NCBI GenBank assembly: GCA_963806575.1 | Contig: CAWDYX010000020.1 | Span: 14,816 to 78,815 of the forward strand | Length of the DNA stretch: 64,000 nt | Direction of reading: 5' to 3' | From: an uncultured Chloroflexia bacterium | GTDB taxonomy: Bacteria > Chloroflexota > Anaerolineae > Anaerolineales > Villigracilaceae | Shown here: in pieces, positions 58,296 to 64,000 of the stretch | How the letters are laid out: every line of letters starts with the position of its first letter | Numbering within the stretch: position 1 is the first letter of the stretch | Made by a program: the position numbers and the translations under genes | Notes under the pieces: generated by a model | The model's database searches: none | Seen by the model: the letters and a program-made list of their open reading frames with translations, nothing else | What the model was told of the DNA's origin: nothing

Positions 58296-59252
58296 ATGAT
58301 CCCTCGCATTCGTTTCGCCCATCTCCCCACCCCCATCGAGCCTCTTCCCCGCTTGACACAGGAATTGAACGGTCCGCGCCTGCTTGTCAAGCGCGACGAC
58401 CAGACCGGTCTCGCCTTCGGCGGAAATAAGACCCGCAAACTGGAATTCCTGGTCGCCGAGGCGCAGGCCCAGGGAGCGGACATATTGCTCACGGCCGGGG
58501 CGCTGCAGTCGAACCACTGCCGCCAGACGGCCGCGGCTGCGGCCAGGTTCGGTTTCGGTTGCACTCTGGTTTTGGTCGGAGAACCGCCTGCCAAGGCCAG
58601 TGCCAACCTGTTGCTCGACGAACTTTTCGGTGCACGAATGGTCTGGACAGACAGGCCCCACCGGGACGAGACCTTGCAGGCCGCCTTCGATTCTGCCAGG
58701 CGGCAGGGCAAAAGGCCCTATCTCGTCCCCTATGGAGGCTCGAATTCCACCGGGGCGCTTGGGTACGTGTTCGCGCTGGAAGAGTTTATCGGTCAGGGCG
58801 TCCAGGCCGACTGGATCGTATTCGCCTCCTCCTCCGGCGGGACACAGGCCGGCCTGGTCCTGGGTGCGCGTCTCTTCGGCTTTTCCGGAAAGATCCTCGG
58901 CATCAGCGTGGATGAGCCGCAGCATGACCTGCAGATCCATGTGGCAAAATTGGCCTCCGAAACCTCCCTGCGGATGGGGTCGCGCATTGAATTCACGCCA
59001 GGCGATGTGCTGGTCAATGCCGATTACGCTGCACCCGGCTATGGGGTTATGACCGCTGTGGAACGCGCCGCCATCCGGCTTTTCGCCAGGTGTGAGGGCC
59101 TGTTGCTCGACCCGGTCTACACCGGGCGGGCTGCCGCGGGGCTGATCGACCTGATCCGCAAGGGGTTTTTCCGGAAGGATGAGACTATCCTGTTCTGGCA
59201 TACTGGCGGGCAACCGGCGCTGTTTGCCGAAAAATACCAAAATGATTGGTGA
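58296..59252 (+). CDS. PLP-dependent D-cysteine desulfhydrase / ACC deaminase family protein
   Basis: LPTPIEPL...KRDDQTGLAFGGNKTRKLEFLV...LQSNHCRQTAA. I placed the start at ATG 58296. Confidence 0.85.
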   Translation: MIPRIRFAHLPTPIEPLPRLTQELNGPRLLVKRDDQTGLAFGGNKTRKLEFLVAEAQAQGADILLTAGALQSNHCRQTAAAAARFGFGCTLVLVGEPPAKASANLLLDELFGARMVWTDRPHRDETLQAAFDSARRQGKRPYLVPYGGSNSTGALGYVFALEEFIGQGVQADWIVFASSSGGTQAGLVLGARLFGFSGKILGISVDEPQHDLQIHVAKLASETSLRMGSRIEFTPGDVLVNADYAAPGYGVMTAVERAAIRLFARCEGLLLDPVYTGRAAAGLIDLIRKGFFRKDETILFWHTGGQPALFAEKYQNDW

Positions 59253-59293
59253 AGCAATTTCCCGGCATTTTCAATAAATGCCGGGGACTGCTG

Positions 59294-59848
59294 TTAACGC
59301 ACTTCCGATGTCCGGTTTTGGAAAAGCACGACGGGACCGGTTCCGTACCCGAACAATCGAACAAGAACCGTATCCCGATCCGCCAAATCCAAGGCACGCA
59401 TGGCGCGCGCATCCAACCGGACCTGTGTGGGTAGATCCAGGTGAAACGAGTCTGCATATATCGAGAATATCTTCTGTGGATCGTCATCGGCGGCGATACG
59501 GTTTATGGACAGGGCTTTACATTCCTCGCAGGAATGGATCAGCATCAACTCGCCGCGACCGGCACCGTATTTCTTTCGGGTAGACTTGACTGTCAGCCCG
59601 ACCGGTCGCATGGACGCTTTGCAGGCTGAAAGCCGGTCTCCCGCCGCGTACAGATCCAGGTGGCGCGACCACAGGCAATACGGACAATGGTTGCGGTTCT
59701 GGACGCCAGAGCGTCCGGATTTCGAGTAAACGAAACCGTGACAGTGAGCACACGTAAAGCCGTTCGAGGCGGTTTTTTTGTCAGGCCGTCCATATCGAGA
59801 TCTTGACTTTTCTTTCCATTCGGACATTATTACGGCATTGTCTTTCAT
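59294..59848 (-). CDS. RNHCP-domain zinc-ribbon protein
   Basis: FTCAHCHGFV...QNRNHCPYCLWSRHLD motif plus a further CEEC pair. Confidence 0.7.
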   Translation of the reverse strand: MKDNAVIMSEWKEKSRSRYGRPDKKTASNGFTCAHCHGFVYSKSGRSGVQNRNHCPYCLWSRHLDLYAAGDRLSACKASMRPVGLTVKSTRKKYGAGRGELMLIHSCEECKALSINRIAADDDPQKIFSIYADSFHLDLPTQVRLDARAMRALDLADRDTVLVRLFGYGTGPVVLFQNRTSEVR

Positions 59849-60855
59849 CAGACTTCCTCTTTCAAACGCAAATAACTCTCATAGCGGAGAGGGCTGATCC
59901 TGCCTGCTACGACCTGCTTGCGTATGGCGCAGCCGGGTTCTTCGTCGTGCATGCAGCCCAATCCGAATTTACATTGCCCGACGAACGGGCGCATCTCCGG
60001 GAAGAACAGGGCCAGATCTTCTCCGTCCAAATCGGGCAGGCCGAATTCGCGTATGCCGGGCGTATCCACGATATCCGCGCCAAAGGCCGTGGTGACCATC
60101 TCGGCAGCCGGGGTGGTATGTTTCCCTTTTCCAACTCTGCCGGTTCCAACGAACTCAACGCGCAAGCCCAGGCCCGGCTCGAGGGCATTCAAAAGGGCGG
60201 TTTTACCAACCCCGGATTTTCCGACGAATGCCGAGACGGTTCCTTTTAGCTTTTGGCGCAGGCTGTCCAGACCTTCCCCGGTGACCGAACTGGTCAAAAG
60301 GATCGGGTAGCCGATCTGACGATATTCTTCGATCACAGTTTGCAATTCCTCATCCAGCCTCCCATCAGGTCCGCGCCCAAGATCCAGTTTGGTGATCACC
60401 ACCAGCGCGGAGATTTCAAGATACTCAGCCGAGGCCAGGTACCGGTCGAGCAGACCCCATTTCGGAGTCGGATTGGCCGCGGCAAAGACCGGGACCAGGT
60501 AATCCACATTCGAGAGGACGATTTGCTCGAATTTGTGCTTGCCCGGATACGGGTCCCGGCGCGCCAGGCGGTTGCGGCGCGGCAGCACATCGGTGATCTT
60601 GCCGCTGCCATCGTGCGTGTTCACAAACCGGACGATATCGCCAACCACCACTGGGTCCATCTTGTCGAGGATTTTAACTTTCCGGACAATCGGACTGAGC
60701 GAAGTGGGGTCGGCAATCGGATAGACCAATTGCTTGCGCAGGCGCGCTGAAAGGACGCAGGGCAGCACTTGCCCGTTGCTGCGAACATGGTATGTGCCGG
60801 TATTTTTTTTAACCACGACACCCTGGTCGTGAGTATTGGTGTTGCACGCGTCCAT
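59848..60855 (-). CDS. rsgA: ribosome small-subunit-dependent GTPase A
   Basis: OB-fold N-terminus, circularly permuted GTPase (VITKLDL then GKSGVGKTALLNAL) and a C-terminal Zn motif CKFGLGCMHDEEPGC. I placed the start at ATG 60855. Confidence 0.9.
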   Translation of the reverse strand: MDACNTNTHDQGVVVKKNTGTYHVRSNGQVLPCVLSARLRKQLVYPIADPTSLSPIVRKVKILDKMDPVVVGDIVRFVNTHDGSGKITDVLPRRNRLARRDPYPGKHKFEQIVLSNVDYLVPVFAAANPTPKWGLLDRYLASAEYLEISALVVITKLDLGRGPDGRLDEELQTVIEEYRQIGYPILLTSSVTGEGLDSLRQKLKGTVSAFVGKSGVGKTALLNALEPGLGLRVEFVGTGRVGKGKHTTPAAEMVTTAFGADIVDTPGIREFGLPDLDGEDLALFFPEMRPFVGQCKFGLGCMHDEEPGCAIRKQVVAGRISPLRYESYLRLKEEV

Positions 60856-60879
60856 TGTGAAGTTCCTTGTTTTGTTAAT

Positions 60880-61136
60880 ATAAAAACCGGCCACAGGATG
60901 ACTCCCGTGGCCGGTGTAATACATTATCTACTGGTTGCCTGAGGCGCTTGATGAGACGCGCATCCAGACCGTTGACCGATTAAATAGAAAAGCCACGGGT
61001 AGACGTGCGCCCGTGACCGAGGTTAATTCAAAAAGAACCTGACTGGACTCGCTTCACAGGCGCACACACAGGACAACCGCCGATGCCATACTTAACATGA
61101 AACTGTGTGCGCTCCTTTCCTCTATAATATTTACAG
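60880..61136 (-). ncRNA. candidate structured non-coding RNA or leader (family unknown)
   Basis: Putative promoter on the minus strand: TTGACA (61173-61168), an 18-nt spacer and TAAAGT (61149-61144). Hairpin GCGCACACAG/CTGTGTGTGCGC at 61059-61112. Imperfect 5'/3' closing pairing. Terminator CCGGCCAC..GTGGCCGG plus U5 at 60914-60882, 26 nt before the rsgA ATG. Confidence 0.35.
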
Positions 61137-61248
61137 CGGGCCAACTTTATCATGAAGTCCGAATTACTGTCAAGACAAATTTATCGGGAAAATGGAAAGT
61201 TGAATAATCCAATGGAAGTCTGGACTCGCCATAGTATAATTCACCCAA

Positions 61249-61695
61249 ATGGAACCCCGCCCCAACTCTTCCTTCCTTCCCTACCTCGCTTCCGCCATCA
61301 GCCTGCTTGTGCTCGGCTTTGGCGCAGCCGCCTTCTCGATTTTCGCTCTCACCCCCACCGTCTGGGCGCGCTGGCTGCTCTTCTTCGGCGCAACCCTCGG
61401 GCTGACCGGACTGGCCTTGCCGGTTACCTGGTTCCTCAACCTGCGCTTCCCTTCCGAACCACCCGCAGGACCGTACGTGATCGTCCGGCAGGCCATCTGG
61501 GTGGGTGTGTACGGGGTCGTACTGGCCTGGCTGCAGCAGGTCCGCCTGGTTACGGTCTGGACCGCTCTCGGCCTGGCCATCGGGCTGGTCGCCATCGAGT
61601 ACCTGGTCCGCATGCGCGAGAAAGCCCGCTGGCAGCCAAAACCCATTCCCGCTGAACCACCGCCGGCGGAAGATAAGCCCTCTACCGAAGCATGA
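61249..61695 (+). CDS. hypothetical 4-TM membrane protein with a Pro-rich tail
   Basis: Four hydrophobic helices. Preferred over the overlapping Arg-rich ORF 61152..61655. Its stop overlaps the selA start. Confidence 0.5.
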   Translation: MEPRPNSSFLPYLASAISLLVLGFGAAAFSIFALTPTVWARWLLFFGATLGLTGLALPVTWFLNLRFPSEPPAGPYVIVRQAIWVGVYGVVLAWLQQVRLVTVWTALGLAIGLVAIEYLVRMREKARWQPKPIPAEPPPAEDKPSTEA

Positions 61696-63063
61696 ACCTG
61701 CATGGACTCCCTTCCGTCGATCAACTTCTCCAGACCCGATTGGCGGCTGAACTCATCGCGAGCTACGGCCGCCCGTTGACTTTCCAGGCCATCCGCAGCG
61801 TATTGGATGACGTGCGGGCACGTGCCTCAACGGGTGAAAGTTTCACCCTTCCTGACCGGAAAAACATCCTCGCCGTAACGGCTTCCCTCCTGGAAACCTG
61901 GACTTCCCCGACATTGTTGCCGGTCATCAACGCCAGCGGGGTGATCCTGCACACGAACCTGGGCCGGGCACCGCTTTCGAGCGCCGCTCTGCAGGCCGTC
62001 GAAACGGTTGCGCGCGGCTACTCGAACCTGGAACTCGACCTGAAAACCGGCAAGCGCGGCGCGCGCCTGGTCCATGCCGAGGGTTTGCTTCAACGTCTGA
62101 CCGGCGCCGAAGCTGCCATGGTGGTTAATAACAATGCTGCCGCAGTGCTGCTGGTGCTTGCGGCGCAGGCCAACCGCCGGCGGGTCGTCATCTCCCGCTC
62201 GCAACTGGTCGAGATCGGCGGTGGCTTCCGCCTGCCGGATGTGATGAAGCAGTCCGGGGCGAAACTGGTCGAGGTGGGCACCACCAATAAGGTCCGGCTG
62301 GCCGATTACGAGGCAAGCCCTCCAGGAACCGGCCGCCCTCGTCCTGCATGCCCACCGCTCGAATTTCAGGATCACCGGCTTTACCGAAGAGCCGGAGTTG
62401 AAAGAGCTCGTAAACACGGCGCACAGCCACGCGGTTCCGTGCGTGGACGACCTCGGCTCCGGCGCGCTGCTCGACACAGCCCGCTACGGTCTGGCCCACG
62501 AACCGACCGTCCAGGAAAGCCTGGCCGCCGGCATGGACCTGGTCTGCTTCTCCGGCGATAAACTGCTCGGCGGTCCGCAGGCCGGGATCATCCTTGGCCG
62601 GGCTGGGTTGGTCGCCGGCCTGAAAAAACATCCGCTGGCGCGCGCCTTGCGCCCCGACAAACTCTGTCTGGCCGCGCTGACCGCCACCTTGCTCCATTAC
62701 CTTAAAGACGAGGCCGAACAGACCATCCCGATCTGGCGGATGATCGCACTGATGCCTGCCCAGCTTCGCAAGAAGGCCGAAGGCTGGCAGCGCAACCTGG
62801 GCCGGGGCGAGATCATCCCCGGAAAGTCGACCATCGGAGGCGGCAGCTTGCCCGGGGAGGACCAGCCCACCTTCCTGCTGGCGCTGGACGTGAAAAAACC
62901 GGATGGCTTTCTGGAAAAACTCCGCCAGCAAAACCCGCCCATCCTCGCCCGCACCGAAAACGACCGCATCCTGCTCGATCCGCGTACGGTCCTTCCCGAG
63001 CAGGATGGAGCGCTGCTGGTTGGCCTGATGAATGTTCTACAGGGAAAAAAGACAACCGACTAG
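61692..63063 (+). CDS. selA: L-seryl-tRNA(Sec) selenium transferase; frame broken once
   Basis: LPSVDQLL...VINASGVILHTNLGRAPL...MVVNNNAAAVLL...SQLVEIGGGFR in ORF 61692..62561. It continues in another frame as QALQEPAALVLHAHRSNFRITGF...FSGDKLLGGPQAGII (PLP Lys) in ORF 62398..63063. The break is at about 62305-62312 (GAG-G-CAA). Confidence 0.85.
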
Positions 63064-63112
63064 GGCGAACGGGGTTATCAATGGTATCCTTTTTATCTCC
63101 GACACTGATCCT

Positions 63113-63928
63113 ATGACTCGTCAAACCGACCTTCTGCGTGTGCTCAAGGAAACCAGCCGGACCTTTTTCATCCCGATCGTCCGCCTGCCGGTCAGGCTGC
63201 AGGAGGTGATCGGGGCTGCCTACCTGTGTATGCGCGCCATCGACGAGATCGAAGACCACCCCTCCCTGGATAACCGGACGAAAGCCTCCATCCTGCACGG
63301 GCTCAGTTGGGCCTTGCAGGCCCAGCTCGCCTCGGACGACCCGGCGGACAGATCCCTGCTCGATGTCCTTTTTCTGCCATACCAGAAGATCCTGCCCGAA
63401 GTGACCCTGCGGATCAGCGACTGGTTGTCGCATGTGCCGCCTGGCATTGCGCCGCGCCTCTGGGATGCCACCATCGCGATGGCAGATCGCATGGCTTATT
63501 GGGCGGAGAATAACTGGCTGATCCGGACCGAAGCCGACCTCAACAGTTACACGTTCAGCGTGGCCGGTGCCGTCGGCCTGCTGATCTGTGACATCTGGAC
63601 CTGGTTCGACGGATCCCAGGTTGACCGTCTGGCGGCCATCCATTTCGGGCGCGGCTTGCAGTCCGTCAATATCCTGCGCAACCGGGCCGAGGACACCCGC
63701 CGCGGCGTGAACTTCTTCCCGTCCGGCTGGAACGATCAGCAGATGTTTTCCTACGCCCGTAAGAATCTCGCCCAGGCCAGGCTGGGTATCGCCCGGATCA
63801 CCCAGGCAAGCTTCAGAACCATGGTGGATATCCCCCTGGCGCTCGCCGAAGCCACCCTGCACGCCCTCGAGAACGGCCAGGCCAAGCTGACCCGCAGCCA
63901 GGTGCTGCAGATCGTCGGACAAATCTAG
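63113..63928 (+). CDS. squalene/phytoene synthase family protein
   Basis: SRTFFIPI..., an Asp-rich AYLCMRAIDEIEDH, a second motif region SVNILRNRAEDTRRG. I placed the start at ATG 63113. Confidence 0.7.
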   Translation: MTRQTDLLRVLKETSRTFFIPIVRLPVRLQEVIGAAYLCMRAIDEIEDHPSLDNRTKASILHGLSWALQAQLASDDPADRSLLDVLFLPYQKILPEVTLRISDWLSHVPPGIAPRLWDATIAMADRMAYWAENNWLIRTEADLNSYTFSVAGAVGLLICDIWTWFDGSQVDRLAAIHFGRGLQSVNILRNRAEDTRRGVNFFPSGWNDQQMFSYARKNLAQARLGIARITQASFRTMVDIPLALAEATLHALENGQAKLTRSQVLQIVGQI

Positions 63929-64000
63929 AGATTCAACGCGAGTTTTACGAGTGCACGAATTAGCGGGAATGATGTTTTGCCGGGTGGCAAAACGACAAAG

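Noticed and set aside
58164-59240. 358-aa ORF on the minus strand
   Set aside because: It is the antisense shadow of the PLP-dependent desulfhydrase-family gene, which has clear family motifs.
60940-60965. Hammerhead-like CTTGATGAG core
   Set aside because: It deviates from the invariant CUGAUGA. The matching GAAA and helix arrangement is absent.
61059-61125. RNase P RNA fragments: GAGGAAAG on the minus strand and AACCGCCGATGCC on the plus strand
   Set aside because: The two look-alike motifs are on opposite strands. The remaining universally conserved RNase P elements are absent, and the region is far too short.
60925-61250. tRNA-Sec (selC) next to selA
   Set aside because: The only UCA-containing loop candidate (GGTTAATTCAAAAAGAACC) has an 11-nt loop and no acceptor or T-arm context.
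61152-61655. 167-aa ORF overlapping ORF 61249..61695
   Set aside because: It has an Arg/Pro-rich low-complexity translation. The alternative frame gives a clean 4-TM protein whose stop overlaps the selA start.
62813-63922. 369-aa ORF on the minus strand
   Set aside because: It is antisense to the selA 3' end and the squalene/phytoene synthase-family gene, with a shadow composition.
63975-63994. Perfect 8-bp hairpin GTTTTGCC-GGGT-GGCAAAAC at the window edge
   Set aside because: It is too close to the window end to interpret. There is no T-run within view and no second copy in the window.

Overview
High-GC, densely coding chromosomal window. Gene content and protein style (Pro/Thr linkers, two ProRS types, an LPXTG-sortase fusion, MreBCD-PBP2) suggest a rod-shaped or filamentous Chloroflexota, possibly Anaerolineae-like; that placement is inference only. 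Most genes are housekeeping: an ABC permease pair, a CCA-enzyme family gene, two prolyl-tRNA synthetases, fba, rsmD, rsfS, thpR, mreBCD plus PBP2, rsgA, selA, an isoprenoid synthase, tatD, a phosphohexomutase and ridA. There is also a two-component system next to a polysaccharide-type cluster with two FemAB paralogues, and a xanthine-dehydrogenase-family cluster with YqeB/YqeC/MocA maturation genes. RNA genes are a tRNA Phe-Gly-Cys operon and a 4.5S SRP RNA with a near-consensus promoter. Five things stand out. (1) A 3.05-kb insertion is bracketed by about 91-nt direct repeats of the SRP RNA promoter and 5' half. It carries one long secreted protein whose LPSTG motif is fused directly to a sortase domain. 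(2) Three tandem, length-polymorphic pseudo-copies of the tRNA-Cys 3' end plus its terminator lie downstream of tRNA-Cys, each with 1, 3 or 2 copies of an 18-nt hairpin at the T-loop position. (3) A CpaF-type ATPase, a STAS protein and a 1214-aa RsbW-kinase/GAF-array/PP2C-phosphatase fusion lie in one same-strand run. (4) Two unassigned structured non-coding regions end in terminators. (5) CACGAA/TTCGTG hexamer clusters recur in intergenic DNA. Caution: at least seven genes, several essential, are interrupted by small (1-2 nt) indels. This looks more like sequence or assembly error than decay.
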